DNA from: an uncultured Planctomycetota bacterium
GTDB lineage: Bacteria; Planctomycetota; Planctomycetia; Isosphaerales; Isosphaeraceae
DNA: 64,000 bases
Assembly (NCBI GenBank): GCA_963823665.1
Contig: CAWGMQ010000004.1
Span: forward strand, 2,592,001 to 2,656,000
Direction: 5' to 3'
The notes under the pieces were generated by a model. The model was not told the DNA's origin. It did no database searches and was given only the letters and a program-made list of their open reading frames with translations. Below, piece by piece: positions 12,239 through 22,601 of the stretch. The first letter of the stretch is position 1, and each line of letters begins with the position of its first letter. A program made the translations under genes and the position numbers.

Positions 12239-12267
12239 AGATGTCCGTTTCTCGCGCGGGTGTGACA
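12239..12267 (-). promoter_or_regulatory. Second copy of TGTCAC-N10-GAAACGGACATCT motif upstream of kinase 2
   Basis: Matches 275-303 in sequence and spacing. Confidence 0.5.
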
Positions 12268-12590
12268 TCGGATTCGTGATTGGCGCCGCAGAGCGAGTCA
12301 CGAGCGAGAGCCCGGTAACTGGAAGGGGTGATTCGCGGATCGTCTTCGGCCGCCAATCTTGTGATTCCCGGAACGAAACCGTCAAGGCTCTGGTTACAAG
12401 GGGCCATCACAACCTTCGCCCTCGTTCCGGTCCCACGGATTCGTAGAGTCGAGATGTGGCGAGGTGGTTTAGATCTGCATAGCTGGGGCTGCCTCTTCTC
12501 AGGAAAGCTCCCAATGCGACCCCAATGCAACACCGAAGGTGTTACCAAAGTCCTCTGTGAAATGCGTGCCGTCCTTTGCCTTAACCTTAC

Positions 12591-12664
12591 TACCGGCGGT
12601 GGGAATCGAACCCGCACGGGGTTGCCCTCAGAGGATTTTAAGTCCTCAGCCTCTGCCATTCCGC
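12591..12664 (-). pseudogene. 5'-truncated, decayed tRNA-Leu(UAA) remnant (att-like)
   Basis: GCGGAATGGCAGAGGCTGAGGACTTAAAATCCTCTGAGGGCAACCCCGTGCGGGTTCGATTCCCACCGCCGGTA; lacks 5' acceptor strand, mismatches in D, variable and T stems. Confidence 0.85.
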
Positions 12665-13000
12665 GTGGATCAGCTCGGCCTGTTCGAGCGGAACAGCCAG
12701 ACACTCGTGAGTCCCGCGATAATGAACCGGAAGTAGCGGCGACGCATGGCGAGATCTTTACCGTGTTGGGTGCGAAAAGTCCACGGACCATCTGGTTCCT
12801 GTTAGCCGATCTTTCCTGGATCCCTGAACCAGAGAAGTCAGGGAGTCTTGGGCTTGGTAGCCTCCGTCCTCCAGTTCCAAAAAAACCGCGACGCAGGCTG
12901 CTGGGCAACCGGAAGGTTCAGCCTGCCGCGCGAGCTGGTCCGGAACATCGCTGATTCGAGCGGTTGCCCCAACGGTGATTTTGATGGGCGGCGAGAGGCG

Positions 13001-13648
13001 TTACTCCAGATCGTCCAACGAACCGAACAACTTTCGTAGTTGGAGCCGGAAGCCCGCCAGGACATCGCCCCCCGTCAGCGTTTGCTTCTCGGTAAGGACG
13101 ACGGGTTTGGCGGTGGAGGTGTAGACCGCGACTGTCCGAGTACGTGGGTCGATGAGCCAGACCAGGCGGCAACCGGAAGCGAAGTACTCACGCACTTTGC
13201 GCACCATCTCCCTGGGCGTATTGCCCTCGCTCAGCACTTCAATCGCAAGATCGGGAGCGAGTGGAAGAATTGGATCGAGGAAGCGGCGATGGTGCGCCAG
13301 TCGAGCGCGGGAAATGAACGACAGGTCGGGAATCCGCACAAGGCCGGGCGACAAAAGGAGCATTCCCCCTTCGCCGGCGAGAGTGCCCAGTTTCCGGGGC
13401 TTGATAAAATCTCTCAAGAGACCCGCCAACTCCATCGCTAGCATGGACTCCCAATAACCCATGACCTTCTCCACCAGAACACCGTCGACGAGTTCGAAGA
13501 GCCGGCGCTCGCGGTCATGGATCTTGATGACATCGTCCTCGGTGGCTGTTCCCGGCGCGGGACGAAAGCGAATCCGTTTGGGTGATATCCCGCCCAGTTG
13601 CTGCAAAACATCAGCAAGCGTCAGTTCTTGCGCGACCACGGTGCTCAT
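13001..13648 (-). CDS. Uma2 (DUF820) family endonuclease-like protein
   Basis: ELVDGVLVEK, VRIPDLSF, APDLAIEVLS, KVREYFASGCRLVWLIDP, GGDVLAGF. Confidence 0.9.
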   Translation of the reverse strand: MSTVVAQELTLADVLQQLGGISPKRIRFRPAPGTATEDDVIKIHDRERRLFELVDGVLVEKVMGYWESMLAMELAGLLRDFIKPRKLGTLAGEGGMLLLSPGLVRIPDLSFISRARLAHHRRFLDPILPLAPDLAIEVLSEGNTPREMVRKVREYFASGCRLVWLIDPRTRTVAVYTSTAKPVVLTEKQTLTGGDVLAGFRLQLRKLFGSLDDLE

Positions 13649-13765
13649 GGTAATCCTCCGGCAGCCTGGTTCCTATGGTTGCGAAAGCTCGGTGCCGTGG
13701 CAACTTGAATTTGCAGAGACCGTCTCAGGATGGCTCAGCGGGAGCTTTGCCCGCCCGGGGCGGAT

Positions 13766-14671
13766 TCAGACGGGCTCGGACGAGACGCGCACTTGTTCGA
13801 GCAGGGAGGCGAGGCGGTCGAGCTCCTCGCGGGTCTGGTAGTCGATGATGATCTGGCCGCGATCGGAGTTCCTGGCCCTGATCAAGACGCTGGTGCCCAG
13901 GTAGCGATGGAAGCGCTGTTCCAGGTCGAGAAAATGGGGAGACCGAACCACGATCTCGTGACCGGGGTCTTTTCTGACCCGGGTGCGCGAGGGGGTCGGG
14001 ATTCCGGTGGTGACGAGGGCCTCGGTCTGACGGACCGAGAGGTGCTCGTCGATGATTCGCGTGCAGGCGGCGGACTGGCTTTCGGCATCGGGCAGGCCCA
14101 GGAGTGCGCGGGCGTGGCCCTGGGTGATTTCGTTGCGGCGAACGGCTTCGAGCACATCTTGCGGGAGGTCGAGGAGGCGGATCAGGTTGGAGACGGTGGA
14201 TCGATCGACGCCGAGCCGGCCGGCGAGCTCTTCCTGAGTGCCGCCGTAGCGCGACAAGTATTCGCTGAAGGCGCTGGCCTTGTCGACGGCATTCAAATCC
14301 TCGCGCTGAAGGTTTTCAACCATCGCCAGCTCGAAGACCCGTTGATCATCGAGCACGAGCACGCGGGCGGGAACTTCGTGGAGCTGTGCTTCGATGCTGG
14401 CGCGGAGCCGTCGTTCACCGGCGATCAACTGGTAGCGCAACCCCGCCGGGCGGACCAGGACGGGTTGAAGCATTCCGTGCTGGCGGAGGGAGTCGGCCAG
14501 ACTGGCGATCTCGCTCGAGCTGAAATGCCGGCGCGGCTGAAAGGGATTGGGGTCGATCTGGTCGACGGCGATATGGATCAGCTCGGCCTGTTCGAGCGAG
14601 CCGGGCTCGAAGCCCCCTTCTTCGCGGCCCAAGAGCGCTTCGAGTCCGCGTCCGAGACGTCGCTTATTCAC
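13766..14671 (-). CDS. parB: Chromosome partitioning protein ParB/Spo0J
   Basis: RRLGRGLEALL, PNPFQPRR, LIAGERRLRA, ENLQREDLN, HTH; GTG start overlaps parA stop. Confidence 0.95.
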   Translation of the reverse strand: MNKRRLGRGLEALLGREEGGFEPGSLEQAELIHIAVDQIDPNPFQPRRHFSSSEIASLADSLRQHGMLQPVLVRPAGLRYQLIAGERRLRASIEAQLHEVPARVLVLDDQRVFELAMVENLQREDLNAVDKASAFSEYLSRYGGTQEELAGRLGVDRSTVSNLIRLLDLPQDVLEAVRRNEITQGHARALLGLPDAESQSAACTRIIDEHLSVRQTEALVTTGIPTPSRTRVRKDPGHEIVVRSPHFLDLEQRFHRYLGTSVLIRARNSDRGQIIIDYQTREELDRLASLLEQVRVSSEPV

Positions 14672-15410
14672 GGTCGATGACCTCCATGACGAGTTCCGTA
14701 TAGGCCCGAGAGCCTCGTGCTCTGGGAGCATATTCCAACACACTCAAACCGTGGCTGGGAGCTTCACTGATCGATACGTCGCGGGGAATGATCGATTCGA
14801 AGACGGTCTCGGCGAAATAGCCGCGCACTTCGTCGGCGACCTCGTTGGCGAGCTCGAGCGAGGGGTCGAACATCGTGAGCACGATTCCGCCGATCTCGAG
14901 GCGGTTGTTGTCGCGCGCCTTGGTCTGGCGGGCCAGCTCAATGATCTGCGAAAGGCCTTCCATGGCGAAGTACTCACACTGAATGGGAATGAAGATCGCA
15001 GCGGAGGTCCCCAGGGCGGCGCGGGTCAACTGGCCGAGCGAGGGCGGGCAATCGACAAATACATAATCGAAGCGGCCGAGCTCGGCAGTCAACTGCTGGC
15101 GTAGGGCCCCTGCCCGTTGCCGGTTCGAGGCTGAGAGCGCATCGGCATCAGCCAGGCTCTGCGAGCCCGGCAATACAGAAAGGCCCGCCTGCGAGGTGGC
15201 CACGATCGACTCAGCCAGCGGTTGCCCGGCAAGCAAGGGATGCCGCGCAGCGGGCTCGACTCCCAGGCCGCTGGTCGCATTACACTGGGGATCAACGTCG
15301 ACGACAAGGGCGGTTCGGCCCGCTTTGGCCAACCCGGCGGCGAGGTTGATGGCCGTCGTCGTTTTTCCCACGCCTCCCTTTTGATTGGCCACGCTGATGA
15401 TCTTCGCCAT
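14664..15410 (-). CDS. parA: ParA/Soj ATPase
   Basis: NQKGGVGKTTT, DVDPQCNAT, DCPPSLG, PIQCEYFAMEG, EAPSHG. Confidence 0.95.
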   Translation of the reverse strand: MAKIISVANQKGGVGKTTTAINLAAGLAKAGRTALVVDVDPQCNATSGLGVEPAARHPLLAGQPLAESIVATSQAGLSVLPGSQSLADADALSASNRQRAGALRQQLTAELGRFDYVFVDCPPSLGQLTRAALGTSAAIFIPIQCEYFAMEGLSQIIELARQTKARDNNRLEIGGIVLTMFDPSLELANEVADEVRGYFAETVFESIIPRDVSISEAPSHGLSVLEYAPRARGSRAYTELVMEVIDRE

Positions 15411-15425
15411 TGCGATCGTTTCGCC

Positions 15426-16745
15426 TCAGAACTTTCCGTAAGTGATCGGATAGTCGGGTGTTGCGTCCAGAGCCTTTAATCGCTCGGGAAGCGCCGCGAG
15501 CTGTTGCCGGCAGTGGTTGCGGATGCTTTCGAGGGAAGGCAGTGCATTGACTTGCCGGCCTGCTTGAAGGATCGGCAGCAGGAGCGGCTCACCTTCGGCC
15601 GACTCCCCTGCCCTGACAACGTGGTCGCCGCAAAACCGGTCTGAGCGGTCGCGGCGCCTGAAGACCTGCTTGGCCATGGGGTATGTCGTCTTGCCCGGGC
15701 TGCGCTTGGTCTTGCCCTGGCCGTCGAGCTCGACGAGCTTGTATACCAAGGAGAGGGCCGGCGAGTCGCGGCAGGTTATCAGCTCGGTGCCGACTCCGAA
15801 GCCGTCGATCGGCGCGCCCGAGCGGAGCAGCTCGGCGATGCGGTATTCGTCGAGATCGCTGGAGGCCACAATCTTCACGTTGGTGCGACCGTGCTGGTCG
15901 AGGATTGCGCGGGCTTCCTTGGCGAGTGTGCCGAGATCGCCGCTGTCGAGTCGGATGGCTTGAACGGGCGGCTCGATCGAGGCGGCAAGGCGCACTCCTT
16001 CGGCCGTGTCGTAGGTGTCGACCAGGAGCGTGGTGTTTCCGGGGAAGATCCGGGCGAACGTGGCGAACGCTTCGGCCTCGGTCGGGAAGGATTGGATCCA
16101 CGAGTGGGCCATGGTCCCGACGGCCGGCACGCCTAAACGGCGCGCGGCCTCGACGTGACTGGTCCCGTCGAAGCCGGCGATCATGGCTGAGCGGGCGGCG
16201 AGCAGACCGGCGAGCGGTCCGTGACCGCGCCTTGCTCCGAATTCGAATAGTGATCTTCCGGCCGCCGCCGCGACGACGCGGGCGGCCTTGGAAGCCACCA
16301 GGGTGGGATAGGCGATCGAGGCCAGCAAGTGGGTTTCGACCCACTGAGCCTGCGGAAGCGGGGCAACGACGCGAATCAAGGGCTCGCCCGGGAAGACGAC
16401 TGTTCCCTCGGGAACTGCGTAGACGTCGCCCTCGAATCGCGTGGAGGCCACTTGATCCATGACCTCCGAGGCGACTCCGCGAAATGCGGGCCAACGGCGG
16501 ATCTCGGCAAACTGCTCGGGGTCAAACGCCAGAGCAAGCAGGTCGCGAACGGCCTGTTCGAGGCCAGCGAAGACAAGGAATGCCCTGCCCTGCGGCATCT
16601 TGCGGATGAACAACTCGAACGTCGCCTGCTGTCCGGCTTTGCCCGCGGCGTGATAGCCGGCCATCATCGTGATCTGGTAAAGATCCGTGAGGGCACCCAA
16701 TGCGTCCGGATCGGGCCAGAGAGAGATCGGCGGCTTTGCACTCAT
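15426..16745 (-). CDS. pncB: Nicotinate phosphoribosyltransferase
   Basis: LTDLYQITM, FEFGARRGH, GTMAHSW, LVDTYD, IRLDSGD, FGVGT, VYKLVE. Confidence 0.93.
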   Translation of the reverse strand: MSAKPPISLWPDPDALGALTDLYQITMMAGYHAAGKAGQQATFELFIRKMPQGRAFLVFAGLEQAVRDLLALAFDPEQFAEIRRWPAFRGVASEVMDQVASTRFEGDVYAVPEGTVVFPGEPLIRVVAPLPQAQWVETHLLASIAYPTLVASKAARVVAAAAGRSLFEFGARRGHGPLAGLLAARSAMIAGFDGTSHVEAARRLGVPAVGTMAHSWIQSFPTEAEAFATFARIFPGNTTLLVDTYDTAEGVRLAASIEPPVQAIRLDSGDLGTLAKEARAILDQHGRTNVKIVASSDLDEYRIAELLRSGAPIDGFGVGTELITCRDSPALSLVYKLVELDGQGKTKRSPGKTTYPMAKQVFRRRDRSDRFCGDHVVRAGESAEGEPLLLPILQAGRQVNALPSLESIRNHCRQQLAALPERLKALDATPDYPITYGKF

Positions 16746-18522
16746 GGGAGCTCCCCTGCCCGTTTCGGGCGCATTAATCGCAGCTCGACTTCGACGCCGG
16801 CTTTCCAGTTGGTTGCCACTCCCGGATCGATGTCCAGCAATACGGGCAAGCTCAACGGAGTGGGAATCGCGCGCACCAGGACCCAATTGGCCGCGGATCG
16901 ATTCCGCTCAACCGAGCGGTCCTCATCTTGCCGGATGATTGCGGTGTCGAACAGCGCCCAGGTTGCGGCGTCGCCGGGCCTCAGCAAGGCGCTCAGGCTG
17001 GCCTGCGTTTCGATCGGGACGGTGGCCGACTGGCCCAGATAGAACGTTACTGGCGGGCGGGCGAGGACACGCAGATTCTTGACGGTCGGGGGCAGATCGT
17101 GCGCGATCGAGGCGGAGGCTGTTTTCAGCGAGTCGGTCGGCTCGAGCACGCCGGGCAGCATCGCGTTTTGCGGGGGGACGCCTGGTTGCGCTTCGCAGCG
17201 CGGGTGGTAAGAGACCAGAAAATGGAACGAGAACGCCACGGAAATCACGAGCGTGAAGGCAAAGAAGAGCCAACGCGGCCGAGTGACCAGCGGGTGGCTC
17301 GGCTCGAAGGACGCGCTGGTCGCGGCCTCGATCGCTTCATGCACCGCGCCGATCAGGCCCGCAAGAAAGACACACTCGAACGCCTGCAAAGGCAGCCAGA
17401 GTCGCGCGTAGGGATGATAGAACGGTGTCAGGAGCGCGAGGATTAGCCAGGCGGAGTAGACCAAGATCACAGGTTTGGACAGGACGGTTTTCGTGGCGCA
17501 GGAGGAGGAGCGGCAGCCAGAAGAGAGGGACCCACCAGGCGAGGTCGGGCGTGACGCGGAGGGCGGCCACGGCCAGAGTGATCAGGAAGATGATCTCCGA
17601 CCGGTGTCCCTTCTCGGCGCTCTTGAAGCCAATCAGCAAGATCGCAGCCGCGGCGGCGAGAGCGGCGGCGAGGATCCAGAACGCTCCGCCGGAGAGCATC
17701 CGTGCCTGGGCGAGCTGGACGGCGAGGTTACCGGGCCAGGATGCGAAGCCGCCCAGGTAGCCGCGCTGGTGGGCCAGTAACGCGCCGTAACCGCCGTGTG
17801 ACTGGACGAAGGCGAACCAGGGCCAGTAGACGAGCGCTGCAACACATGCCGCGAGAATGCCCCAACCCCAGGTGGCCGCGGTGAGCGCGGTGCGCCACTC
17901 GCGCTGGATGCAGTGCCAGCCAGACGGCGGCGGAGAGCACGACGGCCGCGCCTGCAAGCCAGCCGTTGTATTTGAAAAGCTGGGCCGCACCGACGGCCAG
18001 GCCCAGGAGCCCTGCCCTGAGTGCGCATGGTTTTTCCAGGAAACGCTGGGCGTGGATCAGCGCCAGCACCCAGACGAGCAGGAACGACGTGTCGGTGAGG
18101 GCCATGCGCGAAAACGCGACGTGGGCGCCCGAGAACGCGAGGAAGGCTGCTGCGAGCCCCCCCGCTCCGCTGCCGAAGGTGCGATAGGCCAGCCACGCCA
18201 CGGCTGGAATTGTCAGGGTGCCGGCGACGATCGAGACGAGAATCGCCGACAGGTCGCTTGCACCCAAAACGAAGTATGCGACTCCGATCAGGAACGGGAA
18301 ACCTGGCGGCGCGTAGGCGATCAGCGTGGGGTCGAGGTCGAGGATTCCGTGGCGAGAGAAGATCCAGAGGCCGGAGGCTGCGTAGATACCTTCGTCGAAG
18401 TGCGAGAGGCCGAGGCGGCCGATGGACCAGAGGCGCAATAGCCCACCGATCACGGTGAAGGCGATCACAACGAGGATCTCCCGCGTGCGGCTTGAGCCCG
18501 TTCGCGGCGGGGTTGGCTTCAT
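16742..18522 (-). CDS. Membrane glycosyltransferase GT39/ArnT-like; frameshifted in three pieces
   Basis: LLRLWSIG...HFDEGIYA, PPGFPFL, FSRMALTD, KYNG; multiple TM helices in ORFs 17728-18522, 17337-17990, 16742-17470. Confidence 0.75.
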
Positions 18523-18599
18523 GGGGCCTGATTCTAATTCCCGATGACTGGGCGAGCAAATGAGTGAGACGGCGGGAGTCAGAGCGCGGCGCCGGGTTG

Positions 18600-18615
18600 T
18601 GTTTCACGTGAAACG
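18600..18615. promoter_or_regulatory. parS site
   Basis: TGTTTCACGTGAAACG, 15/16 match to TGTTTCACGTGAAACA consensus, upstream of the parAB operon. Confidence 0.88.
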
Positions 18616-18741
18616 GCGGAAAACCACGCTCGCTGGCGGGAGTCGGTGCCGGTCGGCCAGTAGGTTTGTTATTATTCGAACCGCGGCATGCGGGCGGCCG
18701 ACCAGTCGGCCGTGCGGATATTTATCGCTGCCGGATGTGGA

Positions 18742-18765
18742 CGGCACACGGAGTGTGCCTGCTAC
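18742..18765 (-). repeat. GTAG-type REP palindrome
   Basis: Minus strand GTAGCAGGCACACTCCGTGTGCCG; identical 24-mer at 63188-63211. Confidence 0.8.
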
Positions 18766-18834
18766 GGCCCGCCATGCCGGTGCTGGGCGGACCGAGACAC
18801 GTGCCGGCGGTACGGAGAGCTTGGTGGAGAAGCG

Positions 18835-19840
18835 ATGGAAGTCAGAGTCTTCACGGATTCGCGGATGCTTGAGCACTCCGTCCCGGCGCATCACCCGGAG
18901 CGGCCGGAGCGGCTGCGAGCGGTTCTGCGGCACCTCGAGCGCACGGGTTATCTCGCGGCGGGTCAGGAGTGCCGAGTGCGGGCGGCGGGTGATGAAGAGC
19001 TGGAGCGGGTGCACGCGGCCCATTACGTGCGCCGAGGTTGCCCTGGCGGAATCAGCCGGACGTGGGATGCTCGACCCGGATACGTGGGTTTCGGCGGGCT
19101 CGGATCTTGCGGCGAGGCTGGCGGCCGGGGCCGGGATCGAGGCGGTCTCGTTCGTGCTGGAAGCGCCCGAGCGGCGGGCGCTGTGCGTGGTTCGACCGCC
19201 CGGTCATCACGCGCTGCCGGACGGCGGGCATGGGCTTTTGCATTTATGCGAACATCGCCGTGACGGCCGCGGACGCGCTCGCTCGATTTCGAGCTCAACC
19301 GCGTGCTGATCGTCGATTTTGACGTCCATCACGGCAATGGAACGCAGGAGATCTTCTACGCATCAGACCGGGTCGGGTTTCTTTCGATCCATCGTTATCC
19401 GTTTTATCCCGGGCACCGGTGCGCGGGACGAGACCGGGAGCGGGCGCGGGCTGGGCCGCATCATGAACATCCCCTTGCCGTACGGCACGGCGCGAAGCGA
19501 GTACCAGGCGGCGTTTCGCTCGGGTCTCGAAAAGCTGGCCGACCGCGTCCGACCGGAGCTGGTGCTGATCAGTGCGGGCTTCGACGCCCACGCGGAAGAC
19601 CCGGTGGGAGACCTCGGCCTGGAAGTCGAGGACTTCGAGACCCTGACGCGGGAGATCGTCGCGGTGGCCGAAACGCACGCGCAGGGCCGAATCGTGAGCC
19701 TGCTCGAAGGGGGCTACAACGTTCCGATCCTGGCCGGAGCGGTGGCGGCCCATCTGGGTGCGCTGGGCGAGCCGGATCAGCACCGGGCCGAGCGGCTTGC
19801 GATGACCCCGACGGGATTTGAACCCGTGTTGCATGCGTGA
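18835..19840 (+). CDS. Histone deacetylase/AcuC family Zn hydrolase; frameshifted
   Basis: [47 protein letters not shown] across overlapping ORFs. Confidence 0.9.
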
Positions 19841-19877
19841 AAGGCATGTGTCCTAGACCGGGCTAGACGACGGGGCC
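19803..19877 (-). tRNA. tRNA-Glu(UUC)
   Basis: GGCCCCGTCGTCTAGCCCGGTCTAGGACACATGCCTTTCACGCATGCAACACGGGTTCAAATCCCGTCGGGGTCA folds as a cloverleaf. Confidence 0.95.
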
Positions 19878-20080
19878 GTCACGGAGACGGCTAGAATGTA
19901 ATCCGGCACGCTCGGGCGGGGTCAAGGCAGCCAGCGTTTGCGAGGCAATCGGCCGAGGCGCGGCAAGCCCGGCGCTGAGGCCGCTGGCGAGAGAATCTTA
20001 CCACCTGATTGCATCCGATGGCCGGAGTCGTTAGGTTAGCGGGCTATTCGTGTGCAGGCACTCTGTGTGAGCAACGCGCC

Positions 20081-20640
20081 ATGGTGAAGATCTTGATTTT
20101 GACCGGAGACGCGGGGGAAGCCCAGGAGATTTACTACGCGAAGTTCCGGCTGGAGGAAGAGGGCTGGCAGGTATCGATCGTGGCGCCTGAGAAGCGGGTG
20201 TTTCTCTCGGTGGTCCACGATTTCGAGCCGGGATTCGACACATACACGGAGAAACCTGGCTACCGCGTGCACGCCGACCTGGGCCTGGACGATGTGGCGC
20301 CGGAGGCATTCGACGGTCTGGTGCTACCCGGCGGCCGAGCGCCCGAGTACCTGCGAAACCGGCCGAAGGCGGTGGCGATCGTGCGCCACTTCCTCGAAGC
20401 GCGGAAACCGATCGCGGCCAACTGTCATGGGCCGCTGCTTGCTGCTGGCCGCGGGCGGAGCACGAGCGGCATGACGATGACGTGTTATCCCGATCTCGAG
20501 CTCGATTTGCGCGGCGGCGGGAGTGCGAGTTCGTCAATCGTGACGTCGTGGTTGACGGACCGCTTGTGACGGTGCGAGGGTGGCCGGACAACGGTCCCTG
20601 GATGAGGGAATTCGTTCGGCTGATGAAAGGCGTGGGGTAG
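20081..20640 (+). CDS. DJ-1/PfpI family protein; frameshifted near 3' end
   Basis: ILILTGDAGE, FDGLVLPGGRAPEYLR, IAANCHGP, LVTVRGWPD. Confidence 0.88.
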
Positions 20641-20764
20641 GACGAGTGCGAGATGCGAAGCGGCTGGCGGCAGCCAGAGTGGAGGGAATAAAGCAACGGC
20701 CCGAAGCATCGCGCGATGGGAGTGAGCGACTGCCGGTTGGTGGCGAACTCAATGGTCAGATGAG

Positions 20765-20974
20765 TCAGGCTTCGGGTCGAACTCTGTTGGCATCCGGATC
20801 GAGAGCACGGGCCTGATTCTGAATGGCCTCGTAGACTTCACGACGATGGACGGTGACATGCTTGGGCGCCTCGATACCGAGACGAACCTTGTCTCCACGA
20901 ATCTCGATCACGGTCACCGTGATGTTGTCGTTGATGATGATGCTCTCGTTCTTTTTGCGGGAGAGAACCAGCAT
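20765..20974 (-). CDS. csrA: Carbon storage regulator CsrA
   Basis: [51 protein letters not shown]. Confidence 0.96.
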   Translation of the reverse strand: MLVLSRKKNESIIINDNITVTVIEIRGDKVRLGIEAPKHVTVHRREVYEAIQNQARALDPDANRVRPEA

Positions 20975-21224
20975 AAAATTTCCTCTCTGGTGCTCATCGC
21001 GTTCGGCGCGGACCGTTTCGTTCTCTGAGCGGAAGTAGGTCCCGGCTAAGGTCAAGGCGCACCCCGCCTTCAGTCTCGGGCTGCGCGCACTTCCTTTATT
21101 GAACTGTACATGCTGAAGCCAGTGGGTCAAGGGGAGGGGGGAATTTTCATCGGCGGCGGTAAGCTCGAAAGCGAAGGAATTCAAGGAAATGGGGCAGATG
21201 ACCCGGCGGGGGAACGGCCGGTCG

Positions 21225-21939
21225 TCAATCTTCGTGAGACGAGCTGTAGCGGCGATAGAGATGTCCGAGGCCCAGGTCGTAGATTTCTTCTTCGATGGCT
21301 TCGGTGCTGGTAGGGTGGATGGTTTCTCGCAGCTCCAGGACAAGCAGGTCGATAAACTTGGCGCGAGCGCGCTGGAGGTTCTTGCGGAAGGCCTCCGGGG
21401 TGACCTGGGTGTGGGTGACTTCACCGAGCTTGGCGGCGATCTCTTCGATCGAGGCTTTGGGGAAATCTCGCCGCAGTTGCAAGACCGTGGCGTAGCGATT
21501 CTTGGGGGTCTGAGCCTGATAGGTTTCGAGGCGTGACCAGACGCGGGTGATGACGGCCTCGCGCCAGACGCGGTCGAAGTCTTCGTCGGTCTGGCTGGGA
21601 TCCATCAAGTCTCCAGGGGGCAGGGGCTGGAGCTTGCGCGTGCGGAAGTGATCGATGATCAGGCGGTGCAGGACCGTGCGGAGATAATCGCGGAACCGCC
21701 CCTTGCTCTTGTCAGCCCCGGCGAGCTTGCCGGCGAGCAGCTTGGTCCAGAATTCCTGGAGGACCTCGTCGGCGAGGTGTCTTGTCCCGGACCTTCGAGA
21801 TGGATGTAGCGAGTGACGGCGTCGTGGTACTGGCCGACCAAGCTCTTCCATCGCCGCCTGAGCCTTGGGCCCGGTGCGTGTGGGCGCTGCTGATGGTCGT
21901 CCAGCTCGTCGGGATTTCGGTCAGACGCTCTTCAGTCAT
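21225..21939 (-). CDS. ECF sigma-70 factor (planctomycete type); frameshifted
   Basis: [53 protein letters not shown]. Confidence 0.82.
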
Positions 21940-22010
21940 CACAATGATCCGACGAAGCGAGGCGCAGCCGAGGCGAAAACAGCGACTCGCCATCAAAACG
22001 GCGAGGGAAT

Positions 22011-22026
22011 TGTTCCACGTGGAACG
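22011..22026. promoter_or_regulatory. parS site
   Basis: TGTTCCACGTGGAACG palindrome. Confidence 0.85.
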
Positions 22027-22176
22027 CGCCGCACGACGCGCCCTCGCTGCTTTTTTTTCAATCAATCACTGTTTTTACCAGAATTCGCCGCGGTTGTCAT
22101 CTCCCGAACAGGACCGAGGGAAGAACCGGGAATCTTCGCGTGATCGACGCCGAGATCGGGAGATCCGCTACAAGAG

Positions 22177-22250
22177 TACGCCCGGCAGGACTCGAACCTG
22201 CGACCGACGGTTTAGAAAACCGTTGCTCTATCCACCTGAGCTACGGGCGC
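22177..22250 (-). tRNA. tRNA-Arg(UCU)
   Basis: GCGCCCGTAGCTCAGGTGGATAGAGCAACGGTTTTCTAAACCGTCGGTCGCAGGTTCGAGTCCTGCCGGGCGTA. Confidence 0.95.
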
Positions 22251-22317
22251 CCAACGGGCCGGTGCAGCTCGGCCTTCCGACTGACGGGCGGAAACGCACT
22301 GGTGCCGCTTCGCGAGC

Positions 22318-22391
22318 TGCGCCCGGCAGGATTCGAACCTGCGACCTGCGGTTTAGGAAACCGCCGCTCTATCCACCTGAGCTACGAGCGC
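22318..22391 (-). tRNA. tRNA-Arg(CCU)
   Basis: GCGCTCGTAGCTCAGGTGGATAGAGCGGCGGTTTCCTAAACCGCAGGTCGCAGGTTCGAATCCTGCCGGGCGCA; TTGACA about 45 bp upstream. Confidence 0.95.
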
Positions 22392-22526
22392 GAAGTCTTC
22401 CTTATCCTGATCTTCAGGCATGAAATAGGTTCGTGTCAATCGCGTGGAGCGGAGTGTGTCGGGGTGGAGATAGGATGCGTGCGTGGGGGTGAGGGTGGGG
22501 CCGGATGCGGAATGGGGGACCAGGAA

Positions 22527-22580
22527 TAAGATTAAGATCAAGATTAAGATTAAGATCAGGATCAGGAGTGAGACTACGAG
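22527..22580 (+). repeat. Hexamer simple repeat (TAAGAT/CAAGAT/CAGGAT)n
   Basis: TAAGAT TAAGAT CAAGAT TAAGAT TAAGAT CAGGAT CAGGAG. Confidence 0.85.
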
Positions 22581-22601
22581 GAAGGACGCGGAGTTCGGGA
22601 T

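Noticed and set aside
12591..12680. Functional tRNA-Leu(UAA)
   Set aside because: 5' acceptor strand absent and D, variable and T stems carry mismatches
20975..21424. 150-aa N-terminal extension of CsrA suggested by the ORF track
   Set aside because: Canonical MLVLSRK start with AGAGGA RBS at 20974; the extension overlaps the ECF gene in another frame
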